In this document: piece after piece, positions 31,791 to 45,405 of the stretch | Layout of the letters: each line of letters opens with the position of its first letter | How positions within the stretch are numbered: the stretch's first letter is position 1 | Origin: the human T2T-CHM13v2.0 reference genome, Homo sapiens | Reading direction: 5' to 3' (one strand) | NCBI RefSeq assembly: GCF_009914755.1 | Contig: NC_060925.1 | Length of the DNA stretch: 64,000 nt | Notes under the pieces: generated by a model | Seen by the model: the letters and a program-made list of their open reading frames with translations, nothing else | The model's database searches: none | What the model was told of the DNA's origin: nothing | Program-made: the position numbers and the translations under genes

Positions 31791-34517
31791 TACTTCCTGG
31801 AAGGTAAATTTCTGCTTATTTCCCATAATACGACTTAATCACTGTGTTTGCATTTTATCCATTATTTTCTTATCTTTTCTCTTTTTTGGTTCAAAAACAC
31901 ACTCTTGGAACTATTATTCTCTATTTGGAGGTCAGTAGGAATCACTCATAAATATTAGAGCCAGGGGCTTCCAAACAACTCTTTGAAGGTATTAGTGACA
32001 ATTACGGGACATCCTTCCGCATGCCCTCTTACTCCCCCTCTTTCCCTCCCACCTCCCCACACGGTAACGTATGATGTTAAGTGTTTAGAGGAGGGCTTTT
32101 TAACCTAGGCACCATGGATACTAAGTCCATGGAAGGGCTTCAGGGAGCCTCTGAAGCTGCCATCCCCACCAAATATACAAAAGGTTGTGTATATTTAACT
32201 TTTCTCTGGTTAGTCAGTGGCCCTCATCAGATTCCTAAATAGGGACACAACCAAAGAGGTTAAGAATCACTGTAGCGGATTAAGACATGGGAACAACAGA
32301 ACTGCATGCTCTAAATCAGCCATTGCTGGGGCTGAAAATCAGGGCAGCCGATGCAGGAATACAAGGAGCAATCTCTAGGACTTGCGGCCTGGTGCTGTCT
32401 GTTGAGATGCAGAAAAAGCTAAAAAGATGCTCAATGGGTAAAATACTGCAATAAAATCAAATGAGAAGGGAAAAATTGTAATACAAAAAGTTTAAATACA
32501 GATTTTTTTAAAAAAATGGATGCCGAGGGGAAAGAAGTCTAACTTTTGCAACCAGATTTTTGCTGAAAAGCAACTACACTAGGGCCAGGGTGAGGGAGCC
32601 TGCAGCATGCAGGGTTCACAGGAAAAAAAACAACTCTGATTAACAAGACAGCCCAGATGGGTTGTCCTTGAGGTCCAAGAAGTCAAATTAGTAGCAAACA
32701 AAAGCCTTCTAAGAAATAAATGGAAAGAAATAAAAGTAGATTAGTGACAGGAGAGGGCAGGAGGGAAGCACTGGGAAGGGACCCCAGGACTGTCCTGTGG
32801 CAGCAATCACAAGAATTTCAGCTGAGCCCAGTGGAAATGGAAGACTAAACCAAATCAGAGCTGGGCTAAGTGGATTCCTTTCCTGGAGGAGGCTGGAGCC
32901 TAACTGAATCTGTAATAAATTTCTGTTTCTGAAGCTCCTCTGATTTCTATTCAAACTCAGTCTTCAAAAACCTTATTCAAGTGATTTCATTCCATTATTT
33001 CCAGGGTTTCTAAGACAAGAAAGAGCATCCCGAGGGTGCCCGTCTGAAGATGACATCAGTTTCAAAAGGCAAAGAGTATAGCCTCCCTTTTCCCTCTCCA
33101 GGTTACCCGAGTCCTGAGAAAGCTCAGGAAAGAAAGACTTTCTTCAGGAAGAAACTGACCTGCTTCTAGACTCACAGGTCACGTGAGCTTTCCTAGGGAT
33201 GGATACATTCAGGCCATCCCTCTGCTAGCAAATGCTCAGCAAAGGTCATGAGAAGATCTGGTCCATTAACTGTAAACAGCTAACCAGCAGGCCCAGGGGG
33301 AGGCTTTTAAAGACTTCTATCCATTAAAAAAATCCATTCATTCAAGCATGTATTTAACAGAACTTGCCGTATTGGGGGCATGTGTGTCTATGTTAGGTGG
33401 CACCAGAAGACACAAAAGGAATGTAAGGTCCCTTGAGGGATTCCCACTCACCTTGGGGAGCAAAACACTGCTGGGGAGCAGTCATAGAACATAATTGTTC
33501 ACCAGAGGAACCACCGTGTACCCCAAACTACAAACACAAGTACTGAACAGACCAGCTAGTGGGAGAGTGATCAGAACAAGAGTTCCTGTAACAATACCCA
33601 TCTTTAATAGTTTCAGAATGCTTGAGATTGGCAAGCACACTCTCCCGCATTGCCTCGCTTACTCCTCAAAACAAGTCTATGGGATAGCTATCAGCTTCCT
33701 TTTACAAATGAAATTATATTCAGAGATTAACGCAAATGGTGGGACTGGAACCTGAACCTACTGACTCTAAATCCTTGCACTCTTTCTACAACTCTGCCAG
33801 GAGTGCATGTTTGCTCCTTGGTTGATCATCAGACCTTGGCAAGAGACTCAATGACTTTTGTAGAGACACACAGCAAGTTTGGGTAAGGCCACCATTTAAC
33901 CCCAGGCCTCATGACAGATAATCTGATGCTGCTCCCAGAATACCTTTCATTTGGCATCTATCAGGGTGTATGCCTGAGCTTCACCTTGGTACCAAGAATA
34001 GGAAAAGCTAACATGATTACGAAGAGAAGCTTCTGAAAGAGGCGATGCAACCTCATCAGAAGGGTGTGAGGGCAGCAGAACAGACCTGGGCATGAGGGAT
34101 GTAAAGGGCAGTAAGAGGGTCATCTGAAGGGCTGGTGATGGTCAGTACCATCAGCCCAGGCCACATTATCCTGAAAATCCATAGCGAGATGTCTGTCTGG
34201 GTTTGTTCAGGCTTGTCCTTATAGTTGAGGGTATTAGATGTCTCCTTCAGAAGTTCTGTATGCAATAGCAATGACTAAAGCTTCACATAAGAAGCAATCT
34301 AAATCTTCTCTGATTTCTCTCCCATATTTTTCCCTGAGTTGGCATCATGGGTTCGGTTAGATCTTAAGGGATTTCTGCACACTGATCTTACTAGAGAGCC
34401 TCATCTATTTAACTGGACCAGTCTAGAGGAAAAGAGCAGAGCCTTGGTTTCTGGCCTGGATTTAATGACTTGTACATGTCTATCTCCTCCATTAAATTGT
34501 ACACACCATATTGAGTC

Positions 34518-34814
34518 TTTTTTTTTTTTTTTTTTTGAGACAGTCTCACTCTGTCGCCCAGGCTGGAGTGCAATGGTGCAATCTTGGCTCACTGTAACCT
34601 CTGCCGCCTGGGTTAAAGCGATTCTCTCACCTCAGCCTCCTGAGCAGCTAGGATTTCAGGCACCCGTTATCATGCTCAGCTAATTTTTGTATTTTTGTAG
34701 AGACGGGATTTCACCATGTTGGCCAGACTGGTCTTGAACCCCTGACCTCAGGTGATCCTCCTGCCTCAGCCTCCCAAAGTGCTGGGATTATAGATGTGAG
34801 CCACCGCGCCCAGC
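34518..34814 (-). mobile_element. AluS
   Basis: Full antisense Alu, TSD-like tgagtctt. Confidence 0.95.
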
Positions 34815-36771
34815 CTGAGTCTTATTCAAAGTAGTAGAAGTATTTGATCACCATGTTGAATTAAATTGAACAAATACACCTGGCTCTGCCTCTGTGCGAC
34901 TTTAGGTGAGCTCTTGCATGTCTCCAAACCTGAGCGCCTTCACTTTCCAAATAGGAATGAAAATGCCTGTCCCATTGACCTCACACAGCTGTCACCTGTC
35001 ATGGGGACTGAGTATGATCACGGATCACGTACGTACGAGCAGTATTCATAGTTTCTAGTCCCATATAAACACAAAGGTCTAGTCTGATCACTTACGAACA
35101 TCTACTTGCAGGTGACCCTGTGTTGGGTGCATCGCACATTAGGAAATTTCCTGCACGTTGTTTTTCTGTCAGGACTTTCACACAGTAGGCCCTTGATAAG
35201 GATTTGCTGTACCTTGCTGATTCGACTGGCTGACAAGTACCCCCAGACCAGAAAAGGAAAGTTCTCCCTGAGGCTGCAACAGACGGTGCGGTGTTCTTCC
35301 CCCGCCTGGGTAAACATGCCAGACATGATAAAAAGAACAGAATAGCTGAGTGCCCTCAGGGAATCCTAGTGTTACTCCCGTTGGCCACACGCTGACTTTA
35401 TTTAGAGATCAAGTAAAGGCGCTATGGCTAGCATTCGGCGAAAATGAGCACTGTGGAATCTGGCTTTTAAGAATCCCTTCGGCATTTGTCATTTCTCTTA
35501 GGTCCATGTGGGCGGCTGCCAGTGTTTTGGGATCAGCCGGCCCCTGGACACGCCCTGAGCAACCCTGACGCCCGATCCTTCCACCGTCACTCTTCTGCAC
35601 ACAAGGGCATGGCGGCCCAGAGGGTCCTGTTAAAGTGTCAAGCGCTTCCTATGATACCCGCACGCCAGGTCTCCATACAACCCACCAGTGCCTGGCCAGG
35701 TGAGCATGTGAGCTCTCCTTTGGAAGGGTCACGGACTAGAGGAGAGGAAGTTCTGCTGAGGTGGGAAGGCCTGGGCCAGACAGCAGAGAGCCCTGGGCTC
35801 CTCCGGGCAGAGGAGACTCCCTGAGCGGGTGAAACTAACCATCGTGTTTTAACAAGCTATTCCAACCCTAAACCAGTTCTCCCAATTAGTTTCTTGACAC
35901 TTATTGCCAGAACCGTATTCACTGACCTCCTTCGCTTCCTCCCTCCTCCTTCCCTCAATAATGAATACTTCCTAAGTTCCAGATCCCTTGCATGGCACTG
36001 AGCTGGTTGCCAAGATAACCACGAAGCCCTCACACTCTCCTGGGGGCAGGGGTAAGGGTGGTCATCGGGTATGCCTACTGCAATGTGAAAAGGGCTCTCC
36101 TGGCAGGGTGGGCAGAGAGCTGTAGGGGTAGGACCACAAAGTAACACTGGAATTGGGCCTTAAAGGATCAGCAGAGTCCTGCCAAGCCCAGGGGGTTGTG
36201 ATGCGGAGAGCACTTAAGGCAGAGGAAAAAATAGCTGTGTGAAGATGGAGGAGTGAGAAGTTCAGGGTCACAGTGGGTCCTGGTGAACAGCAGTGATCAC
36301 TGGGTGGGTGGAAAGGAAGAGAGGAAGGGCGGGGAGAAGTGGCTGCAAAGGTGAACTGCCACACAGATGGTCAAGGGCTTGCCACGCGAGGGACACGGAC
36401 TGTGTTCCGTGGGCAATGGGGAGGAGGCACAAACAAGGTCAACTTGCTAAACGTGGAGAGGGCACAGGAGCAGTGGTGTTCTCAGACTGGTTTGTACCAG
36501 TGGCAAGAGTAATTGTTAATATTATTTTTATAAGAAGGTTGATTTTACATTTAAAATCAGCCATGGTGGGCATGCCTGCATCACAGAAATAGGCAAATGT
36601 CATGAAGCAGGTTTTTTCCAGAGTGGTTGTTAAACATTTACCAGCACACACTGGGCATGCGTGTGTATGCGTGCACACATACATAGAGCTGCTAACAAAT
36701 CACAAAGAGGCCCAGCAACAGCAGAAAAAAAGGATGCCAGGCAGAACTATGTGAGATCTTGGCACACTCAC

Positions 36772-36880
36772 CAGTCTCAGATTCTTCATTGCTTGGGGAA
36801 ACATGCCTTGATGTAGCTGCAGTTTGCCAACTTTCATCACTTGAACCCCTCTGACGGGATGGCTTCCTGGGAAAAAAATC
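36772..36880 (-). CDS. SMYD3: SMYD3 penultimate coding exon (exon 11 of the canonical transcript), C-terminal TPR-like domain
   Basis: Minus-strand translation (R)IFFPGSHPVRGVQVMKVGKLQLHQGMFPQAMKNLRL matches the SMYD3 C-terminal region as I recall it. Acceptor gtttggtttcttccag|G at 36881-36882, donor CTG|gtgagt at 36766-36771. 109 nt, joins in frame with the last exon. Confidence 0.96.
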
Positions 36881-37774
36881 CTGGAAGAAACCAAACGGCA
36901 AACAGTGTCAGCAGCCCTCACCTTTGCAGTCAGCATTTCATCAGGAGACTACGAAAGTGGAAGCAGACACTAGCTGTGAATGTTAATGAGCTACTGAAAG
37001 GAAATCAGCTTTGCAATCCAGGAGAATGCAGTACTGAGGGGAATTGACACAGGACTGGTCTCCAGCTCCTCAGAATGTGTTTTGTGTTAGGGAAAAAAAA
37101 TGACAGGACTAGAAGGTCTCCCTCATAAACACTAGAGAAGAGAAACAAAAGTTTGGAGCTCTGCGTTGATATTTGGGAGGGGTGGGGCGGGGAGAACAGG
37201 TGCTAATCTCCTCCTCCAAGCTCTTCCATGAAGCATCAGCATCAGCACTAGCACAGCCCTGGAACAGCAGATTGCCTCTCAATATATATTTGTTGAATAA
37301 ACAAAGTTTTCATCATCCCCCAACTAGATCCTACCACACCCCCCTTTTAACCGCAAAGCCCTTTGATTGAATCTCAGCTGTGGAGTCCATCATGGTACAC
37401 CTTTCTTATGAGCACGTGTGTATTTATTTATCATCTCACTGGATTATAGTGCTTTTTATTCAGGCACCCCATCTGCGTTCTCCATGATGTCTGACATGCA
37501 GGAGGAACTCAATCCATACTGGACCCTTTCACATAGAACAGAATAGAATACGGTGTTGTCGTGGACCAAAGAAAGAGGACGCACACGACTCCGGCTATGG
37601 GCTGTTTCAGACCCTGTGAAGAGCTGTATTACTTCAATTCAACAAGAATTTACCATATTGGATTTAACCAAATATGAGCAGTTTGGCCTCTTCTGGCCCC
37701 AATACCCCCTACCCCTACTCTTAGAGAATACTGAGCCCCCGCTGTATATGCAGAATTGTCTCTGGTGGAAATGC

Positions 37775-37776
<2 letters not shown>

Positions 37777-37808
<32 letters not shown>
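37777..37808. repeat. (CA)n microsatellite
   Basis: About 16 CA units. Confidence 0.97.
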
Positions 37809-37812
<4 letters not shown>

Positions 37813-37835
37813 CCACAGTTTAAATGAGCTTTTCA

Positions 37836-38132
37836 GGACAGGTGCGATGGCTCACACCTGTAATCCCAGCACTTTGGAGGCCGAGGCAGGCGGATTGCTT
37901 GAGCTTAGGAGTTTGAGACCACCCTGGGTAACAAGGCAAAACCCTTTCTCTATTAAAAAAAAAAAAAAAATACAAAAATGAGCCAGGTGTAGTGGAGCAT
38001 GCCTGTAGTCCCAGCTACCTAGGACGCTGAGGTGGGAGGATCACTTGAGCCCTGGAGGCTGAGGCTGCAGTTTCACACCACTGCACTCCACCCTGGGTGA
38101 CAGAGTGAGACCCTGTTTCAAAAAAAAAAAAA
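37836..38132 (+). mobile_element. AluJ-like
   Basis: Dimeric Alu with expanded A linker. Confidence 0.93.
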
Positions 38133-38853
38133 GTTTTTTCCTTGAGGCTGAATCATCCCATTAGACACAAGATAAACATTCCTGCAGGAGTTAAAACAAT
38201 GTTACAGGACGGAGCATGATTTAGCGCCCAAATAAGGCATAACTTAGTATACCCTAGATGTCCAGTTCAAGTTTGTTGAATTGAACTGAGAAAATGATAC
38301 AAGTATTGTGAAGACAAAGAGGTGACTGATGGTTGGTTGGACTGGGGAAGGCTTCCTGGAGGTGGGAAATTGGACTTACACTGGCTCCCAAGGATTTGGA
38401 GAGGCTTGGCTGGGTAGGAGAAGGGAAGCATATCCCAACCGTCAGAGAGAACGAGCAAGGGCACACTCTAAATGCTGCTTCTCCAGGGACGGAGGTGCCT
38501 GCCCACAGACATCACTAAGATGACCTAGAATCCATCACTCACGCAGGGCCTGCCATGTGCCAGGCGCTGTTCCAACTGCTTTTCATCCATGAACCCAGAG
38601 AACCCCATCTAAGCTCTATTATATAACAGTGATGAGGCGGATTTACCAGGAGAGACAGGTATGTTCTCTGAAAATGCACACATATCTGCAAACCATTCCC
38701 TCTCGCTGAATCTTAACTCTTCCTCCCATGAAATGTGATATAGAAACACTTTTTTTTTCATTCATGCTCTTAAGAAGTAGAAAGCAGTACCTGGGAGGAA
38801 AGTATTTAAACCGACAGAAAGTTGGGCATGCCTCTTTTAAAAAGCTGAAAAGG

Positions 38854-39150
<297 letters not shown>

Positions 39151-40455
39151 AAAAGGCTGAAAAGGGAGCGGAAGGGGGAACAACAAAGGAGACACTGGGT
39201 CCTGGATTTTTCTTCATCTCTTCAGTATGCCAAGGGGTCAATCACTTTACCTCTCACCCCTTACGAAATGAACATCATTATCTATTTGTGTAGAAATGAC
39301 TTTAAGATCCCCAGACAAAAGGCATAAGGGCAGGACGCCATCATCAGAGGGTAACTGCCCTGGACACTTTCCTTGAAAAGCACGCCTGGATTTGGGGTGT
39401 TATATTATTACTACGAATGTAGCATCATTAAACTTAAAGGCCAAAAAGTGATCTTACACTAATCATCACTCCACTAAGTAGATGTCTGTCATGTCAGTTA
39501 GCAGAAGGAAAGACAATCTTCAGTTCTACGATGGCAGAGAAAGCGGTGTGTCATTACGCCATGACAGGTACCTGCCCCGGTAGCTCAGATATTTCAAAAT
39601 GAAGTAGAGCTTACAAAGGAGAGCATGAGGAAGCGCTTGTCCAGGGGCACTTCCAAATAAATATTTCCAGGGCAGCCTCACAGCTCTATGGGGCTGCTGA
39701 TTGCGGGCCTGGTTGGTTTCTGGAGGCCTCCCAGCTGACATAGAGAATAAAAATCATGATTCCTTGCTGGAGTATAACTCCAAGGAAAGCTGGTCAAGCT
39801 CACTCCTGCTGGGAGACATTCTTCAAAGGTGTGGCCTTCCATCCACTTCATGGTGTAGAGCAGGGATGGGGAGAGAAGAGGGCCTGGAGGTAGTAGTCTT
39901 GACAGGACAAAAAGACGGTCATCTTTTGATAGGATTGTCAAAAATAAAGACCGGGATTAAGAGTCCAAAGTGAAGCAGCAATCAGGTGTGTCCAAGGACC
40001 GTGAGGACTAAAGCAGGAGTCTGAGTGAGAAGGTGAGGGGAAGATGCACCTACAAGATACTGGATTCCGGGTCCGGCCCCATAAGCAATCTGCAGAAGTC
40101 CAAAGTGAGTCCCTGCCCTTGGTTAGCATGTAGTTTGCAGGTGAGGCAAATGAAATCATGATATAGAAAGGCATGTGACAGCCACCTGACCAGGGCACAG
40201 TCCTGGTCAATATGGTGAAACCCCGTCAATATGTGTGAAACCACACAATGTGTGCTCTGGGAGCAGCCGGGACCACAGTGATCAGGGGAGTGGCAGAGCC
40301 TGAGTGTGTTTCCACTGGAGATGATGATGGGATCCTGGGACAAGGGAAGGGATGGATGGTTGCTCTGGTGATGGGATAGGAAGCTGAATGCCAAAGGGCA
40401 GTGAGCATGCTGGTCCGGCCAGCAGAGGAGGGGAGTGGGAAGGGAGGTGCACTCA

Positions 40456-40591
40456 AGGCCAGGCTGTGCAGAGGCACACACACGTGCAAAGCTAGGAACT
40501 CTGGACTTCTCTTGCCAGCAGTGAGGCCAGGCTGTGCAGACACACACGCGCAAAGCTAGGAACTCTGGACTTACCTTGCCAGCAGTGAGGC
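40456..40591. repeat. About 66-bp tandem duplication (2 copies)
   Basis: aggccaggctgtgcaga...caaagctaggaactctggactt...ttgccagcagtg at 40456 and 40524. Confidence 0.93.
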
Positions 40592-41294
40592 ACTACCAAA
40601 GGGGGCTGAAGATATTTTATCACAATAGAAAACCAAGAAAATTGGAAAACAGACCCTAGAGGCAAAAATACTTGAGGTAGGATAGCAGCAATATCAACAG
40701 AAAAGAAGGACTTGGTACAAGAAAGGTTATGCAGCTGATTTAACAGAATCTGGGGATCCAAGGGGGTGCAGTGGAGTCTGAGTTGACTCCATGATTCAGA
40801 AATAGAAACGCCTCCACAAAAACATACAAGCAAACTACATAACAACAAAATCATTCAACAAGGCAGTTTACTTGTTTGGGTGATATAAATTTTCCTTTCA
40901 CAGGTATAATGCTAGCAATCACATGTTCCAGAATGCTTGGCCTAGATTGGAAAAAAATGTTTTTGGTGTTTCTATGGTGAATAAGTGCATAAGAAGAAAT
41001 GGGTTTAAACAAGCAGAGAAAAGAAGGAAATGTACACACCAGCTTTAACTCAGACCCACAAGCACCAAGATCTTACTGATATATTTTACAGGGAGGCTGA
41101 AAGTCAGGGAACTGGGATCTGAAGTCAAAAGGACATGGAGAAGAAATATCTGATGCCAGGATCTCTATCAGTCTGGCTGAGGTTGCTGATCTCTATTGGT
41201 CCTACGTGACACAATTACCAATCACATTATTCCGTTACAGATGGCAGCTTTGGCATTCACAGGGTAGGAAAAGGCCTTTGTTATTCAGGGCTAC

Positions 41295-41698
41295 TGCTTT
41301 GGTTTGAATGTGTTCCCTCCAAAATTCAGATGCTGAAACTTAATGGCCAATGTGGTAGTGTTTGGAGGTCCGGCCTTTAAGAGGTGATTAGGTCATCAAG
41401 GCTCCTCCCCTTGTGAATGGGATTAAAGCCCTTATAACACAGGTTTCACGAAGTGTTCAGCTTGTTTGCCTTCCACTGTGTAAGGACACAGTGTTCCTTC
41501 CCTCCAGAGGATGTAGCAACAAGACATCATGTTGGAAATGGAAAGCAGCCCTCACCAGACAACCTGCTGGCACCTTCATCTTGGATTTCATGACTTGAAC
41601 TTCCCAGCCTCCGGAACTGTGAGAAAAAAAAAAATTCTGTTCTTGGTGAATTACCGTCTATGGTATTTTGGTGTAGCAGCACAAACTAAGTTAATACA
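41295..41698 (+). mobile_element. MST (MaLR) solo LTR
   Basis: tgctttggtttgaatgtgttccctccaaaattc...ggtattttggtgtagcagcacaaactaagttaataca, with TG...CA ends. Confidence 0.85.
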
Positions 41699-41699
41699 A

Positions 41700-44120
41700 T
41701 TATTTTTTAAAAACTGATGCAAAACATATTACTGAACCTGAAAGGAGAACTTAACCTGCCTATTTAAATTGTATCTTAGAGTAACTAAATAGCTCCAGTT
41801 GTATGAATTTTAGCTGATAAATGTGGAATGATGACGGAATTAGAAAAATCATTTTGCAACTCCTGGAGAATTATTGGACTGAGGGGAGAAAATATCACTT
41901 GATGAAACCATTAGATAAAAGGATGGTAAAGAATTTTACAGTGGGTGGATTAACTTGTCACCATCTAAATCCACTGATCAATCTTAGCACCACCGAAGGA
42001 GGACAACTAGACACTAAGTGCCATCCGACGCAGAAGGAATTATTTTTGACCACCCCTCAACGATCCTTGTGAAACAAAACAGAACCCCACACACTGAAGC
42101 TGAATCTAACCAAGGCTGCAAAGTCAAATCCCATTTCATGCAAAAAACAAGGGACAGAGGGACAAGTAGAGCAGTCAGCTGAATCTGGGGTACGGGAAAT
42201 TCTACAAAAGCCCGGACCCGGGATCTTCAACAAGTCAATCACATCGAAAGAAAAAGATGGTAGCGGGAGAAGAATACTGTAGATTAAAAGAGATGTAAGA
42301 GATGTAACAGCCAAATACGAGGTGCAGACCTTGTGTATCCTTACTCAGCCAAGACAACTGTAAAAACATATTTCTGGGATAATCCAGGAAATCTGAGCAT
42401 GAAATGGCATTGCGCATGGAAGAAAAAATGTCCTCATTTTTCAGAGATACAAAACTGAGGTACGTATGAATTAAATGACCTAATATCTGAGATTTCACTT
42501 AAATATAGTCAGTCCTCTGTATGCACAAGACGTTAGTTCCAGGATCCCCACAAATACCAACATCTGTGGATGTTTAAGTCTCTTACAGTCAGCCCATGGT
42601 ATCGCTGGGTTATAAATCCCCAGGTCCAGCATCTGCAGGTTCCAACAACTGCAGATCAAAAACACAGCTGGCCCTGCATATCCACATGTTCTGCATCCAG
42701 TTCAATCCAGCAGAGATCACTCAACGCAGAAGCCATGAATTTAGAGGGCCAACTGTATCTTCAGCAGATTTTCAGCTTCCAGCAATGGTGGAGTAGCTTA
42801 TTTCAGACCAAGCAGCTTATCTGCTGCTGAAAACACGAAATGCTGTAAACAGGAAAACATAGACAAAAAAGTATTTTTAAGAATCTGTTTGAAGGTATCA
42901 AGGAGCCACTGAGGCAGCAAGATCTTGAAAAGTCAAGATCATGGAAAGAGTGGAAGGTGAACCTTGTATTCATTGGTACTTTTCCCTTTGATGATCTTAG
43001 AGACAGAGAGGCTCACCAGCTGAGCAATATTTTTGGCAGTCTCATAGAAAAGGAGACACAGAAACTGGAATTCAGGGATCAACAATGATAACAAGGAGCT
43101 CCAGTAAACATTCCTGGCTTTCGACTCTGACCACCAAAGGACTACAATCTATCTAGGTATAGTAAATTAGAAATAAAGCAGCCATTACAAAGAATGAATC
43201 ACTTCAAATCCTGATTGGATTAAGGTACGAACTCTTTCTATCCTGATTCCCAGAAGCAAAAGTAAACATGTCTGAAGGAGATAACATCATCCTCAGCCTC
43301 AACTTATCTCAAATTTTCTGTATAATGTTCTGCATTTGGTAAAATTATAACCCGGCATACAAAAAGACAAGAACTCTCTGAAAACCAAGAAGAACAATAT
43401 AGACAGTGACATAAGACCTACAGGTACTGAAATGGTAAGGTTCTCATACACAGACTTTAAAATAGCTCATAAATATGTTTGAGAACTTAAATAATATGTA
43501 AGAATTTTAGCAGAAAAATCAGAAATTATGTAAAAAATAACCAGTGGAAATTTTAGAACTGAAAAATAGAAAACTAAAATTAAGAACTTAACAGTCTAAC
43601 ATTAGATTAGTCAGAGCTGAGGAAAGAATTAGTGAACTGCAAGGTAGGTCAAATGAACATATCCATCAAAGATACAGAGACAATGTAACAGAAATAAACA
43701 GGAGCAGAGGTCTCATATGTGTCAACTGGAATCTCAAATGAGAGAAAGGAGAGAATGGGGCAGAAGCTATATATATACACACACACACACATACACACAT
43801 ATACATACATACATATATATACCCACATATATACATACATATATACACATACATATATATACATGTATATATACATACATACATACATACATATGGCTGT
43901 AATGGCGGAACATTTTCAAAACTAAAGACAGCAAGTCACAGATTAAAAAATGCTAAGAATTGCACAGAAACTACAATAATTCAGCAAAGGGAAAAAGAAG
44001 AAGGATGAGGGATAAGGTAGGCGTGGCAAAATCTTGATAAGAATTACTGAAGCTGGATGATAGACATATGAAAGTTCATATTATTCTATTTTTGTGTACA
44101 TTTGAAAATTTTCATAATCA
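41700..44120 (+). mobile_element. Old L1MC/L1ME-like fragments
   Basis: Degraded L1M 3'-region and ORF1-like motifs (gaaaattttagaactgaaaaata, gaaagaattagtgaactg); (CATA/TA)n at about 43768-43893. Confidence 0.6.
42506..42757. mobile_element. MER2/Tigger-family non-autonomous DNA transposon
   Basis: tagtcagtcctctgtat...ttccaggatcccc...gagggccaactg-ta termini. Confidence 0.7.
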
Positions 44121-45098
44121 GGGCACTGGATTTTACTTTTTCACTTTTAGAAATGATGGACTTCAGGAGATAGCCTCAAGTTTCAAAAGATTTGGAATTT
44201 TACTAAATTTTGAGCCTTCTGTAGAAATAAAATGATACATTCAATGAACAGTATATAACAGCCTTCCAATGCTGTTTCAAGACATTAGACAGACATAGAC
44301 TTGATAGCTAGAATAATAGCAGAGGGAGCAACAGCCCACAGTGAACATTAAAAGGCTTCGCTTTAGGTCTTAAAGCAAATGTAGAAACTCAGTGTCATAT
44401 GCCAGGAGTAAACGGGACAAAGAGGCATGAAGAGGCACATAGAGTCAGTCTTCTGATGTTCCTTAGGCTCTGTTTAATTTAAAGCAGCTGTTTTATGGAA
44501 GTTATTTATGCCTTTGTGGTAGGATAACTTTATTAGTAATATGATATATTTTTGTTGCTGGGAGGGAAAAAAAAGGTCCTAACATCAGGAAACAAAACCA
44601 AAGGGGAAAAAAAAAGATGGGCCCCACAGTCATGAAACCACCTCAGAACACGGAGAACTACTTCTTACCATGACCTTAATTCACCCAGGCTGCTACTCTG
44701 GAGAGGTGCTGTTTCCCAAGTGGGTGATGAATCACTGCTTCTCCATCACCTCTACTGCTGTGCTTTGTTGGTGACAGGGAGATCAGGGCCGTGAATTCTT
44801 GTTTCCAAAAGAAAAAGAACTTGGGTTCCAGCCCAGACTGAACCCTCAGCTCTTGTTTGGTTTCTGATATGTACTATTGGCCTCATATCATTAAGATGGA
44901 TCTGCACTCCCCCATCTCTATGTGAGTAACAGAAAGAAAATTCGTGGTGTCACACAGGATTTGACAACATCACAGTGAGATTTTATCTAATGCAATGAAA
45001 TTTTTCTTGCATTTCTTTTACTTCATAAACTGAGATACATTTCTACTTCTCTTAAAACCTTCCACCAAATAGGTCCTTCACTCAAAAGGTGGGGTTTA

Positions 45099-45405
45099 GG
45101 CCAGGCGCCATGGCTCACACCCTTAATCCCAGTGCTTTGGGAGGCCAAGGAGAGAAGACTGCTCCAGGGCAGGAGTTCAAGTGCAGCCTGGGTAACATAG
45201 TGAGATGCCATCTCTACAAAAGGAAAAAAAAACAATTTAACTAGTCAGCCATGCTTGGTGTTGCACAGCTGTGGTCCCAGCTGCTTGGGAGGCTGAGGTG
45301 GGAGGATCACTTGAGCTCAGGAGTTTGAGGCTGTAGTGAGCTATGATGGTGCTACTGTACTTCAGCCTAAGTGACAGACAAGACTATCTCTACAAATAAA
45401 TACAT
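45099..45405 (+). mobile_element. AluJ-like
   Basis: Diverged dimeric Alu. Confidence 0.9.

Larger units (their letters stand above)
22396..36771 (-). other. SMYD3: SMYD3 last intron (14.4 kb)
   Basis: Bounded by the gt donor and ag acceptor of the two exons above. Confidence 0.9.

Noticed and set aside
36692-36936. Whole 78-aa ORF as a stand-alone gene
   Set aside because: Only 36772-36880 is exonic SMYD3; the rest is intron read-through.
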